Assembly: GCA_019057475.1 (NCBI GenBank)
Contig: DXJO01000004.1
Coordinates: 1-64,000, forward strand
Length of the DNA stretch: 64,000 nucleotides
DNA from: Candidatus Thorarchaeota archaeon
GTDB taxonomy: Archaea; Asgardarchaeota; Thorarchaeia; Thorarchaeales; Thorarchaeaceae
Reading direction: 5' to 3'
A program made the position numbers and the translations under genes. The stretch's first letter is position 1. Each line of letters starts with the position of its first letter. Below are positions 10,445 to 20,256 of the stretch, one piece after another. The notes under the pieces are model-generated. The model searched no databases. It saw only the letters and a program-made list of their open reading frames with translations, and was not told where the DNA came from.

Positions 10445-10936
10445 CTAGGCAGCCTCCTTCTTCAGTTTATGATACATGGCCATTCTCGCAGATCGCAGTT
10501 TCTTCTTCCTCTTGACTGTGTCGTCTGTCTTATCCACCCACTCGAGCGCACCAGGCACGCAATGCTGCACACAGTATGGATCGCCACCACAGAGATCGCA
10601 TATCAATGCCTTTCCAGTCTCCGGATGCAACCGTATTCCATGGTATGTGCATGCTTCGACGCAAATGCCGCACTCAGTGCAAGTCTCTTCGTTGACTGTG
10701 ATTATTCCGGTTGTTTCGTTTCTGGTCAAAGCCCCTTCAGGGCATGAATTAATACATGGAAACGTATCACACTGCTCACAAAGAAGTGGAATCCCGAGAG
10801 CAATGTCCTCTTTCTTCAGAATCTTAATCCTGCCCCTCTTAGGGTCGAACAAGTCCTCCTTAGTGAGAGAACAGGCTAGGGAGCATTGCTTGCAGCCTGT
10901 GCATTTATCCATATCGACAAGTAGCACTTTCGCCAT
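10445..10936 (-). CDS. 4Fe-4S dicluster protein (AOR electron-transfer subunit)
   Basis: CTGCKQCSLAC, CEQC..C..CP, CTECGICVEAC and CDLC..C..C; 3 bp from aor. Confidence 0.92.
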   Translation of the reverse strand: MAKVLLVDMDKCTGCKQCSLACSLTKEDLFDPKRGRIKILKKEDIALGIPLLCEQCDTFPCINSCPEGALTRNETTGIITVNEETCTECGICVEACTYHGIRLHPETGKALICDLCGGDPYCVQHCVPGALEWVDKTDDTVKRKKKLRSARMAMYHKLKKEAA

Positions 10937-11167
10937 CGATTTCTATCCCCTGTTGAATTGAATTGTTAAAGTAAACCTGATATGACTTGAACCTCCATTT
11001 TAATCATTCCCTGCATATACTTTAACACTGGATTCATTCTCGGGCTATTTTCGTTTCTCAAGGGCGGGAAGTCCCAAGAAGGACGCCCCCAAACTCCGAC
11101 CAATAATGAACAGGAGAAATCCTGAAAGACAACAGAGATAAACGATATGTTTCGATAAGGCCTTGAG

Positions 11168-11713
11168 GTGGAGCCCTTGGTGGATGCAGAAAAAAAAACA
11201 GAGCGCCCAGATGAGCTCGTGATAAACTTAGCATCATGGAGCCGCGGGGATGAAGTCAAGGAGAGTCTTCATACTCTAATTTCTCATCATCCGCCTTCTC
11301 ACTTCGGGCATTGTCTTAGGCTCTCTTTCATGGGCCGTTCAGTGTATTTCTGCAGTCGCTGCACCGGGATATATGGGGGATTAGCAATCGGGGTTGGTGT
11401 CATGGCTCTTGCAGGCATCAGCCTGGGCACAACGTGGGAAGAGACCTGGCTCTGGTTTCTCATAGCTTTGGCTTTGGGCTTCTCGACGGTTACTGACTGG
11501 GTGTCACAACGACTCACATCTCGCAAAACCACCAATTTCGTTAGGTTATCAACTGGTCTTCTCAGCGGGCTTGGGCTTGCCATTGTATTCGTTCTGGGCA
11601 ATCTCATGTACATGCTTGTAACATTGGCAGTGATGATGCTCTCGGTTGGGCTCGTGGGAATCATAGAAGCCCGGATGTATCGAGATCAGAGTTTCGATTC
11701 AGAAGATGAGTAG
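11168..11713 (+). CDS. DUF2085-like membrane protein
   Basis: SHH..CSRCTGIYGG motif and TGLLSGLG; TM helices. Confidence 0.75.
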   Translation: MEPLVDAEKKTERPDELVINLASWSRGDEVKESLHTLISHHPPSHFGHCLRLSFMGRSVYFCSRCTGIYGGLAIGVGVMALAGISLGTTWEETWLWFLIALALGFSTVTDWVSQRLTSRKTTNFVRLSTGLLSGLGLAIVFVLGNLMYMLVTLAVMMLSVGLVGIIEARMYRDQSFDSEDE

Positions 11714-11822
11714 GCCAAACGCCGATTCTTTATACAGATGCAACTGACCTTGCTATGATGCAGTATCTGTTCGATGACAAAATGTTATAACGACGCTGTC
11801 TACAGCGAGCTCAGTGACTAGC

Positions 11823-12959
11823 ATGATACCTTTTGCCAAACCCATTGTCGGAGATGAGGAAATCGAAGCCGTTAAGAGAGTGCTTAGGTCGGGCATGCTC
11901 GCGGAAGGTAAAATCGCCCGGCAGTTTGAGGGTGAGTTTGCCAAATACGTGGGTACAAAGTTTGCAACCGTAACGAGCAATGGTACGACCGCGTTAAGCA
12001 CGGCTCTCGAAGCACTAGGTCTCCAGCCGGGAGACGAAGTCATCACAAGTCCTTTCACCTTCATTGCTTCGGCGAATGCAATCGCAATGCTTGGAGCTGT
12101 CCCAATATTCGTGGACATCAAACGGGATACATACAACATAGATCCAGACCTGATTGAGGGCGCGATAACTGCCAGAACCAAGGCCATTATGCCCATTCAC
12201 ATATTTGGAATGCCTGCGGATATGAAGCGCATCATGGAGATTGCCAGCAAGCACGATCTGCTTGTAATCGAAGATGCATGTCAGGCGCATGGAGCTTCAA
12301 TTGATGACAAGATGGTTGGTTCGTTCGGCCACGCTGGAACATACTCATTCTATGCCACGAAGAACATGATGACCGGCGAGGGCGGGATGGTTACAACAAA
12401 TGATGAAGAGATGCTTGACCGGATGTTGAGCATCAAGAACCATGGGCGGGGTAAGCAAGGGGGCTACAGTCATTTCCGCGTTGGCTACAATAGTCGAATG
12501 TTAGACATGGTTGCCGCCATTGGCCTTGAGCAGCTGAAGAGAATGCCTGAAGTGGTCAGGAAGCGTCGAAAGACGGCACAAATGTACAACAATCTCTTCT
12601 CGGAGTATGATTCAGTCAGGCCTCAGGTAGCAGACAAGGGTTTTGAATCAGGTTATCACCTGTATGCCCCCCGACTGCACTCTGACAAGATGAGCCGCGA
12701 TCAGATGGTACAGACACTGCGAAACAACGGTGTCGGGTCCAGAGCAGTTTATGCTATCCCCTGTCACAAGCAAAATACATACTTGGATATCAGCGAGTGG
12801 CGTTGGGCCAAATACATCAACTATCCAGATTACTCGAAAGTAAGCCTGCCCATCTCAGAAGAAGTGGGTGCCACTCACTTCGATATTCCAGTTCATCCAA
12901 TGCTGACTGAGGATGAGATAGAATACATCTCCAGTGCGTTTCGAAAGATCCTGGACTGA
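11823..12959 (+). CDS. DegT/DnrJ/EryC1/StrS PLP aminotransferase
   Basis: SNGTTAL, EDACQAHG and SFYATKNMMTGEGG; start taken at MIPFAKP. Confidence 0.93.
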   Translation: MIPFAKPIVGDEEIEAVKRVLRSGMLAEGKIARQFEGEFAKYVGTKFATVTSNGTTALSTALEALGLQPGDEVITSPFTFIASANAIAMLGAVPIFVDIKRDTYNIDPDLIEGAITARTKAIMPIHIFGMPADMKRIMEIASKHDLLVIEDACQAHGASIDDKMVGSFGHAGTYSFYATKNMMTGEGGMVTTNDEEMLDRMLSIKNHGRGKQGGYSHFRVGYNSRMLDMVAAIGLEQLKRMPEVVRKRRKTAQMYNNLFSEYDSVRPQVADKGFESGYHLYAPRLHSDKMSRDQMVQTLRNNGVGSRAVYAIPCHKQNTYLDISEWRWAKYINYPDYSKVSLPISEEVGATHFDIPVHPMLTEDEIEYISSAFRKILD

Positions 12960-13042
12960 GCTCTCGAGCTGAGCATACGGAATCAAGCTCTGCAGCAGAA
13001 ACTATCTTATCACGCCCGTTGTCATTCTCTACTTGATTCCAC

Positions 13043-14194
13043 ATGAATGTCATCCGGAAGTCTGGCAAAGGAGTCATTAACAGAATCCGAAAGCCATCAG
13101 TTAACAAGCTGACAGACCGCGACCTTCCGTTCGAGGTTGGCCGGACTTCTCGACAGATTCTCAGAAAGCTGCTAGTTGTTTGCGGCAAGGTGGGTAAGGA
13201 AAACACTGAGCTCTATAAGAACAAGGCACGTGAGATAGGAGCTGACTTCGTTTCTGAAACTGAATCTTCCTGGGTTTCTACACACAAGACAATCAAGCAG
13301 AACTTCGAACCCGACAAACATGCTGGGATTCTGCTTCTAGGCAGCAATAAGCAGTTACCAGCTACGCCACTGACATACCAGGGAGTGTTCGGTTTCACTG
13401 ATTGGTTTCTACAGGACACGACCGGGGATGGAACCCCCGACTCTCCAGTAGGTAGGGTATTCGGTCCGCCTGACACTATCCTGTCTCACTTCGACCCCAT
13501 GATCATTGACAGCGACATAGCTATTCTCTTTGACTCTCAGCCCGATCGTTCAACGCGTCATGTCGAGAGTCTAGTTGACTTGGGCTTTGACGTGGAGATT
13601 CTGAAACGATTCAAACCAGAAGATGCGAAGCTGCTTGGAGTTACCGAGTTCATTTTACAATTCTCCGATGGCGTCTTTACTTCCCGCATTCACGGCACAC
13701 CTGAGAAATGGGTATCTCATAACTCTGTGATATTGAGCGCTCAGCAAGTATCGACCATTAAATTCCAGGGATATCCTGTAGTCTACTCGGAGGCGTGTAG
13801 TACTGCGCAAGAGGGTCCCCTGCTCAAAGCTTTCCTGAAACAATGTGCGTGCTATATAGGAGCAACGCTGGACACGATGAATAATACTGAGCCCTTTGAG
13901 AACTGGATGGACTGTGCTTTTAGCGACGGCTGGAAGTATGGTTTTCTTGACCTTCTGGACACACATGATCTCATTGGACAGGTCAAGACACAAGTGGACC
14001 GTGGATTGCACGAGCATCTAGATGCGAAATACAAACGCGAGATAGACAACATCAGGAACGGCAAGTCCAGTGAGCTAGAATCCAGTCAGGCTGTTTCAAC
14101 CGTAGAATGGGTGCTATTTGGCAATCCACTGAGACGTACCACCGTGGGTCCACACGCTGATTTCACGCCGGGCACCATTGTTGTGGATACCTGA
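13043..14194 (+). CDS. Peptidase C25 (gingipain/caspase fold)-like protein, no signal peptide
   Basis: LLLGS..LP, TDWF..DGTPDSPVGRV, IHG, YSEACST, YIGAT and WVLFGNP follow C25 motif order. Confidence 0.6.
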   Translation: MNVIRKSGKGVINRIRKPSVNKLTDRDLPFEVGRTSRQILRKLLVVCGKVGKENTELYKNKAREIGADFVSETESSWVSTHKTIKQNFEPDKHAGILLLGSNKQLPATPLTYQGVFGFTDWFLQDTTGDGTPDSPVGRVFGPPDTILSHFDPMIIDSDIAILFDSQPDRSTRHVESLVDLGFDVEILKRFKPEDAKLLGVTEFILQFSDGVFTSRIHGTPEKWVSHNSVILSAQQVSTIKFQGYPVVYSEACSTAQEGPLLKAFLKQCACYIGATLDTMNNTEPFENWMDCAFSDGWKYGFLDLLDTHDLIGQVKTQVDRGLHEHLDAKYKREIDNIRNGKSSELESSQAVSTVEWVLFGNPLRRTTVGPHADFTPGTIVVDT

Positions 14195-14216
14195 AGTTGC
14201 ATCCACTACCTGAATA

Positions 14217-14612
14217 CTAAGCGTGTCTGCGTTTCAACTTGGATCCAAGCAGTCCCCCTGTTGCGCCAAGAACGGAGATAAGAGCTGCGGCGAGTATCAG
14301 AAGAAGATAGAACACCAGAATCATCTCTTGGATCTCAGTCATTGTCAAAGTTCCGCTCTGCACAAGATAGTCCATCAGTCCAGGCGCTGTCAGAATCTCA
14401 AGGGGTACAAAGGCTATGAATGCGCCCAGATAACCACCCAATACACCCCTCTTCGTAGATTCGACTAGAAACCCGCATACGATTCCCGCGATGAGAGGCG
14501 TCAGTATGTATGTTATTGGGAAGAGTCCGATGTTGAGAAATGCGGTGGCAAGAATCACCAAGCCATACCTGATTCCTCTCGCCATTGGATGATGCTGTGG
14601 GATTTGAATCAA
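14217..14612 (-). CDS. Small membrane protein with Gly-zipper helices
   Basis: 3-4 TM segments; LGATGGLLG. Confidence 0.6.
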   Translation of the reverse strand: MIQIPQHHPMARGIRYGLVILATAFLNIGLFPITYILTPLIAGIVCGFLVESTKRGVLGGYLGAFIAFVPLEILTAPGLMDYLVQSGTLTMTEIQEMILVFYLLLILAAALISVLGATGGLLGSKLKRRHA

Positions 14613-14761
14613 CTCTGGGCCTCCTCTGCGATTCTCGCTTATCCTGATATAATGCTGACGTTGTCTGAGCTTCGAGCAGTTACTCAGGAGCCAATCCCTT
14701 TTTCAGTCTCTGCCAATATTCAGACCCAAATCGGTTACCTATCAAGAGTGGATATTACAAC

Positions 14762-15715
14762 ATGAGGCTGACACTTCGAGTACCTGCTGGTTATGATCTT
14801 GTTTCCTCGGTCCATTCTTGGATATATCCTGATGTTCAGCCCGTCCCTGAGGTGACTTGGAAGCAAGGCGTGGGGCGAGTATTCACCTTTGGCAATGAAT
14901 CTGCAAGGGTTCTTGTTGGCCAGCTTCGACCAGGCGCCACACTGAAGGTTCTAGCTGAGTCCGCCAGTTTCAGCAGAGAGCAAATCCGAAATAAGATTCG
15001 CTGGGTTCTTGGACTTAAGGTAGATGTTAGTGATGCGCTCGCCGCAATGCAGGCTGATCCTATCATTTCAGATATCGCTCCATCGGTAGCAGGTATTCGA
15101 CCCTATGTGGCAAACAGTCTGTTTGAGGGTTTGGTCAAATCAATCATCCAACAACAGGTTTCTTACAGAGCTGCCAATGTGCTGACGAAAAGACTTGTTC
15201 TTGAACTGACCTGTGCGCACGAACTGGATGGCCGCAAGTTCTATCCCTTTCCGACTTCCTCGCAATTGTTTAGATCTGGTGAGGAGGGCCTCCGTGCTCT
15301 TGGACTTGGTTACAAGGCCAGCTACCTTGTCGAAATAGCCTCCTTGGATGTATCCGGAGAGGTTAACTTTGAAGGACTCCTAGGATGTTCTCAGGTAGAA
15401 GTCATGGACACATTGACTTCGATTCGTGGCGTGGGCGAATGGACCGTGCAGACTCTCATGATAGCAGGTCTTGGCGATTTCACTGTGTTTCCGTACGGGG
15501 ATCTGGGCATACAGAATCTGTTAGGAAATCTCTACCAACATGGCAAACGAATGACAAAGAATGAGGTCATTGAGAAAACCCATTCTTGGGGGAACGCTGG
15601 TCCAATGGTGCTATATCTTCTGATGTGTGCAGATGTGCTAGGTCTTGTCGGAACGAGTGGAAGGCCGAAAACGCATAAAAGGCCACCAAGAGTACGGACA
15701 CTATCGAAGGAGTGA
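14762..15715 (+). CDS. alkA: AlkA-family HhH-GPD DNA glycosylase
   Basis: FEGLVKSIIQQQVS, HhH motif IRGVGEWT and FPYGDLG. Confidence 0.85.
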   Translation: MRLTLRVPAGYDLVSSVHSWIYPDVQPVPEVTWKQGVGRVFTFGNESARVLVGQLRPGATLKVLAESASFSREQIRNKIRWVLGLKVDVSDALAAMQADPIISDIAPSVAGIRPYVANSLFEGLVKSIIQQQVSYRAANVLTKRLVLELTCAHELDGRKFYPFPTSSQLFRSGEEGLRALGLGYKASYLVEIASLDVSGEVNFEGLLGCSQVEVMDTLTSIRGVGEWTVQTLMIAGLGDFTVFPYGDLGIQNLLGNLYQHGKRMTKNEVIEKTHSWGNAGPMVLYLLMCADVLGLVGTSGRPKTHKRPPRVRTLSKE

Positions 15716-15721
15716 CATTCG

Positions 15722-16879
15722 TTGTCATTGGCGGGAACGAAGAAGAATACGAAACTATGGCGCATATGGTCCATGTTTCTTAAGGAGATCAGGCTCATTC
15801 AGAATGACCGGTACGCCCTGCTTCTCATCTTCGTACTTCCGGCAATGATCATGGGCACGATGTGGTTAGCGCTTGAACAGAGGAACTTGATACCTGCCCC
15901 TAACTCCGAGGGCAAGAGCGAAGATGCCCTGATAGTCGGTCTTGTGGATGATGACCCTACCTCTACCTATCCAGGTCAAGACCTCTCGGAAAACTTCACG
16001 TGGTATCTGCAAAACAGCCCTAACTTCATCATTACATTATATGACACTGAAGAAGAGGCTCTCATGGCTCTCTATCAGGACATAGTGAACGCCTATGCAG
16101 TCATTCCTTACGGTTTCGAGGGCAATATTACTAACAACATACCGTCGTTTGTTGAGGTTCACATAAGCAGCACGGACTTTGATAGTCAAGCGGCAGTGTT
16201 CTCTGCATTCAATGACGTAGTTATCCAGTTCAGGAATGATCATGGCTGGATTAGCCACGAAGTGCGCATAAGTCAGGTGAGAGAGTGGGAGCCCACAGGC
16301 AATTACTTTGCCGCGACCTTTGGAGTATTCCTATTAGTTTTCAGTATATTTATCGCGACATCAGCTACTGCAGCTCAAGCGATTGTTGGCGATGTTCCAC
16401 TAAGCAGAATGCTCCTAACACCCGCCACAAAGATGGAGGCAATCATCGCCAAAGTCATTGGCTATTTCATCGTTGGCATGATCCAAGCTCAGTTCATCTT
16501 GGTGCTTTGGATGGGGCTATTCGGGATTGTCCCAAACACAGACTATCTCACGTTGAACATTGTACTCGCACTGATGTCCTTCTCAGGCTCATCGCTAGGC
16601 GTCTTCATATCCACGATTGTTACAACGCGACTTCAAGCGAATCAGTCATTCCTATTTCTGTTATTCAGTTCGTTCATCGTGGGTACGGGCTTTATGGAGG
16701 TGGGGATTATCGATGAATATTGGCCATTGAACCTAGGCCGAGTAATGATATTCGACACCGCATTCAAGGGCGTTGACATCATGATCTTTAGCACTGAGAT
16801 TGCAAGGATTCTTGCCGTTTCAGTGGGAATGATGATCTTCGCTTGGATTGTCTTCTCGAAACGCAAGTCGCTCGCCTGA
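15722..16879 (+). CDS. ABC-2 type transporter permease (no adjacent ATPase)
   Basis: N-terminal TM, extracellular loop (VGLVDDD..IPYGF), RMLLTP and C-terminal TM bundle. Confidence 0.8.
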   Translation: MSLAGTKKNTKLWRIWSMFLKEIRLIQNDRYALLLIFVLPAMIMGTMWLALEQRNLIPAPNSEGKSEDALIVGLVDDDPTSTYPGQDLSENFTWYLQNSPNFIITLYDTEEEALMALYQDIVNAYAVIPYGFEGNITNNIPSFVEVHISSTDFDSQAAVFSAFNDVVIQFRNDHGWISHEVRISQVREWEPTGNYFAATFGVFLLVFSIFIATSATAAQAIVGDVPLSRMLLTPATKMEAIIAKVIGYFIVGMIQAQFILVLWMGLFGIVPNTDYLTLNIVLALMSFSGSSLGVFISTIVTTRLQANQSFLFLLFSSFIVGTGFMEVGIIDEYWPLNLGRVMIFDTAFKGVDIMIFSTEIARILAVSVGMMIFAWIVFSKRKSLA

Positions 16880-16972
16880 TACTCATAAAATCACTCGAAT
16901 TCTATTCGACTATGGATAATATCCTTAAGCCGAACGAGCTATCAAAACTTCAATCCAATTGGAGGAAAAAAA

Positions 16973-17176
16973 ATGACAGTTGTTAAAATAATCGAGTTGC
17001 TCGGAGAGAGCGAAAAGAGCTGGGAAGACGCAGCGAAGAGTGCTTTGGATCAAGCTGCAAAGACTCTGCGTGGTATCGTGGGGTTGGATGTTGTCCACTT
17101 CACATGCAAGGTCGTGGACAATAAGATTGTACAATACAGAGCGAATGTCAAGTGCGCATTCAAGTATGAGAGTTAG
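16973..17176 (+). CDS. Dodecin family protein
   Basis: VKIIELLGESEKSWEDA..AAKTLRGI..YRANVKCAF; GGAGG RBS. Confidence 0.9.
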   Translation: MTVVKIIELLGESEKSWEDAAKSALDQAAKTLRGIVGLDVVHFTCKVVDNKIVQYRANVKCAFKYES

Positions 17177-17305
17177 GATCCTGCAGATACTGGCAAGTAG
17201 CTGCCCAATAATCACAAGTTCATAATGCACGGGAGTAGGACACTCTCGCCCAGTCCGTTCCCGAGCTGTTTCTTTCGGGAATTGTGCTCATTAGTTGAGT
17301 CGCTA

Positions 17306-18112
17306 TCAGAATCCCATGCTGGTTAGGATTACAACTGCCGCGTTATTAAAGCCATGCGCAACAGTGGGACCGAGGATTGAGTATTTCCTCTTCTGTGCAA
17401 GATATCCCAAGAAGATACCAAGCATGAATCTAACGGGAAGTCCTATGAGATCCAAATGAACTGTTGCGAAGATGAAAGACGTAATGACTAGGGTCCAAAA
17501 CCGGTAATTCTTGTTCTTTGATCTGAAGTATATCTCCATTCTGCGCTGAAGGAAGCCTCTGAATAATAGCTCCTCAGAGAATCCAACGACTACAAACATC
17601 ACGACAACCCAGGCCACCAATTCCATTGGGTCTGACGCGAGGAACATATCCCCGGAACCATCGTCAGGGATACCAACTGTCGTGTTGATTATGTATGTAA
17701 CGATGAAGTTCAGTCCTAACATAACCCCGCCAACGAGAAGTCCCAATAATACGTCGATAACTGGGGAATCTGACTTAATCCCGATGTCTCCTAGGGGCAT
17801 GCTCCTTCTCCTTGCATCAAAGATTGGCGGCACGATGAAACCTAGCGATGCGATACTGAGTATCAAGAAAGTCCATGGGGCGAAGTAGATCGCAAAGGTG
17901 ACGAGGTCAATTGCAATAAGCCCTGCTGCAACCAGGAAAATCGCCATTACGAACGTGATTGCTATCACCAGGGCGAAACCAGCACCTGTGAGAAGCAGAA
18001 CACGGAATAGCCTATTCCCATCTACTTCTCGTTCTACTAGTGCCCCGGGTACGAAAATGTCGATACCTCGGTATTCACCTATCTCATAGATATCTGGGTC
18101 AGTGATAGCCAA
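17306..18112 (-). CDS. CPBP (Abi/CAAX) intramembrane metalloprotease
   Basis: EELLFRG, FATVH and AHGFNN motifs. Confidence 0.9.
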   Translation of the reverse strand: MAITDPDIYEIGEYRGIDIFVPGALVEREVDGNRLFRVLLLTGAGFALVIAITFVMAIFLVAAGLIAIDLVTFAIYFAPWTFLILSIASLGFIVPPIFDARRRSMPLGDIGIKSDSPVIDVLLGLLVGGVMLGLNFIVTYIINTTVGIPDDGSGDMFLASDPMELVAWVVVMFVVVGFSEELLFRGFLQRRMEIYFRSKNKNYRFWTLVITSFIFATVHLDLIGLPVRFMLGIFLGYLAQKRKYSILGPTVAHGFNNAAVVILTSMGF

Positions 18113-18200
18113 GCATGCGACCTCTCAAGTGGCTGCTTTGGAGCAGAGATAAGCATTTGGATGCCAGTCATCTATCTGCAGCTTGCTGGACTGTTGTTTT

Positions 18201-18599
18201 CTAAAGAAGCGGCGCTATCTTCTCACTTGCTGTCCTAGCGGCATACACAAGAAGTCCGGTCTTGACATTCTTGGAAGCAGCAAGTACCAGAATGGCCTTC
18301 TCACCAGCGCTCCTCATGATAATCAATCCCTTTTCATTAGTCATCAACACTTCTTCTAGAATCCCTTGGTCCATCCTCTCAGCCGCTAAGTCTGCCACTC
18401 CCAGAATCGATGCTGCCATAGCTGCAATTTCAGCTTCCTCCAAGCCTGCCGGCAGTGCTGATGCGATAGGCAAACCCTCTTTCGATAGGAGTATTGCTGC
18501 CTTGATTCCTGCAGCGGTCTGTGTAGCCTCTTCCATAATCTCCTTGATTTTCCCTTGAATCTGTTCGAAGTCCATATCGAACATGGCGGCCACACTCAC
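18201..18599 (-). CDS. Roadblock/LC7 (MglB-like) protein
   Basis: LSKEGLPIAS, IAAMAASIL and GEKAILVLAA; start may be 18584. Confidence 0.9.
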   Translation of the reverse strand: MSVAAMFDMDFEQIQGKIKEIMEEATQTAAGIKAAILLSKEGLPIASALPAGLEEAEIAAMAASILGVADLAAERMDQGILEEVLMTNEKGLIIMRSAGEKAILVLAASKNVKTGLLVYAARTASEKIAPLL

Positions 18600-18877
18600 A
18601 TCCCTAATCCTGAGTATAAAATCACCGTATTTATGCGCATTAATAAATCTATCACGGGGGGTATTCTCGGATGGATTAAGAGGGAGTTTCGCCCGCAGAT
18701 AGGGGTTCCAGAAATTTCAATCCAAGTTCGAATGGATCTTTACACGTTCACAGAATCTAACATAGCCCGCTACACCCAAACAAGTACACCCCAGTCGGGA
18801 TGCATGCTCGCAAGCCCATCGTTCTCTCGGTCCTGCAGGACATAGAAACACGCAAATGAAAGCAACAAGTATCACAG

Positions 18878-19546
18878 ATGTGGAGCAAGATGAACCAAGT
18901 ACACAAAATCGAACCGCTCGATTCCCCTAGAGATACGTCATCTTGGAAGAGGGGAACACGCGTGCTGGGTGTTGCTGAGAGCTTCAAGAAATCCGACAAG
19001 AAGGGCGTGGTTGCAGGGATTGTGATGCGTGGCGATATTCGAATTGATGGGACTGGGGTATGTCGTCCGACCGTTGGCGGGACCGATTCAACTGACGAGC
19101 TCATCTCGATGTATCATCGCCTTCGCCGGAGAGACATACGTGCCTGGATGCTGGGTGGTAGCGCCATATCGTGGTTCAACATCATAGACCTCGTTTCATT
19201 GCATGAGAATACGGGTGTGCCCATCGCCTGTGTGACCTACCATTCGTCAGAAGGCATCGAGAAATACCTCCGCGAATACTTTCCATCTGAGTGGGAGGAG
19301 CGCCTTGCGATATTGGAGCGTGCCGGAGAGCGAACTCTTGTTCCGTTGAGAAGTGGCTATTCGGTCTACATCAATAACATCGGAATGAGCTTGGAAAAGG
19401 CTCAGCGACTTGTGGATCTTTTCACACTGGATGGGAGAGTACCCGAGCCCATTCGAGTTGCACGTCTTCTTGCAGCCACATTGCGACAGGACTTGTATGA
19501 TACGGATCCTGAAGATATGGTTGGGTTGCGGGCTCTGCCTGATTAA
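18878..19546 (+). CDS. DUF99 family (EndoV-like fold) protein
   Basis: RVLGVAESF, GGTDST, SWFNIID and PEPIRVARL motifs. Confidence 0.85.
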   Translation: MWSKMNQVHKIEPLDSPRDTSSWKRGTRVLGVAESFKKSDKKGVVAGIVMRGDIRIDGTGVCRPTVGGTDSTDELISMYHRLRRRDIRAWMLGGSAISWFNIIDLVSLHENTGVPIACVTYHSSEGIEKYLREYFPSEWEERLAILERAGERTLVPLRSGYSVYINNIGMSLEKAQRLVDLFTLDGRVPEPIRVARLLAATLRQDLYDTDPEDMVGLRALPD

Positions 19547-19554
19547 GTTTCCAA

Positions 19555-20181
19555 TCAGGAATCGAGATTGATGCCCATCCTCTGTGCATTCGCTTCATGT
19601 TCTTTCAATAGAACTGTATAGACATCATCGAAGATAGGCACACTGAATGAATCAATTGCGCCTTGACTCGATACGAAGAATGGATGGAGCATCTTCGGGG
19701 ACACGCCGTTCCTCTCCATTGCAAGTGCGTGAACAAGCATATCAAATGTATCTGAAGCTCTAACAATCTGTGCCTCGATACTGTCAGGCGTGTTAAATTC
19801 CTCCCAGGCAGACTGTATCCTGTTTCCAGTCATTCCGAGCGGTTTCATCATGATGCCGAGCGCTTTTCTTTCTGCGTCTTGCTTGCCCCTCTTCATTGAC
19901 TCGCCGCCCAGCTGCAATGCTGTTTTCGGTATGTCCGATATCAGTGCTTCAGGCAAGTCGTGAACAATCGCTATCGTTAGCACTCGCGCCAGATCAACCT
20001 CTTTTCCATCACTCTTGAAACATTCGGCTAGGAGAAGCGAAATATGGGCAGTCCCCCACGCATGTGACGCGACAGATTCTCCATTGGAGTCCTGAACTCC
20101 CGCAAGTGCCCATCCAGTTCGTTTGAGATCTTTGAGCATTTCCCCTTGCAAAGACAGCGTTACGATATCTACAGCTTTCAT
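19555..20181 (-). CDS. HD-domain hydrolase (YfbR/HDDC2-like 5'-deoxynucleotidase)
   Basis: LKRTGW, ESVASH, HDLPE..SDI and ASD; start taken at MKAVD. Confidence 0.85.
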   Translation of the reverse strand: MKAVDIVTLSLQGEMLKDLKRTGWALAGVQDSNGESVASHAWGTAHISLLLAECFKSDGKEVDLARVLTIAIVHDLPEALISDIPKTALQLGGESMKRGKQDAERKALGIMMKPLGMTGNRIQSAWEEFNTPDSIEAQIVRASDTFDMLVHALAMERNGVSPKMLHPFFVSSQGAIDSFSVPIFDDVYTVLLKEHEANAQRMGINLDS

Positions 20182-20256
20182 GATTAGCCACCAGCTAGAA
20201 GGAAGAAAAAAGGGAGTTGAGGGGACATTTGCCCCCAACTGAAGCCTGTGAAAATC

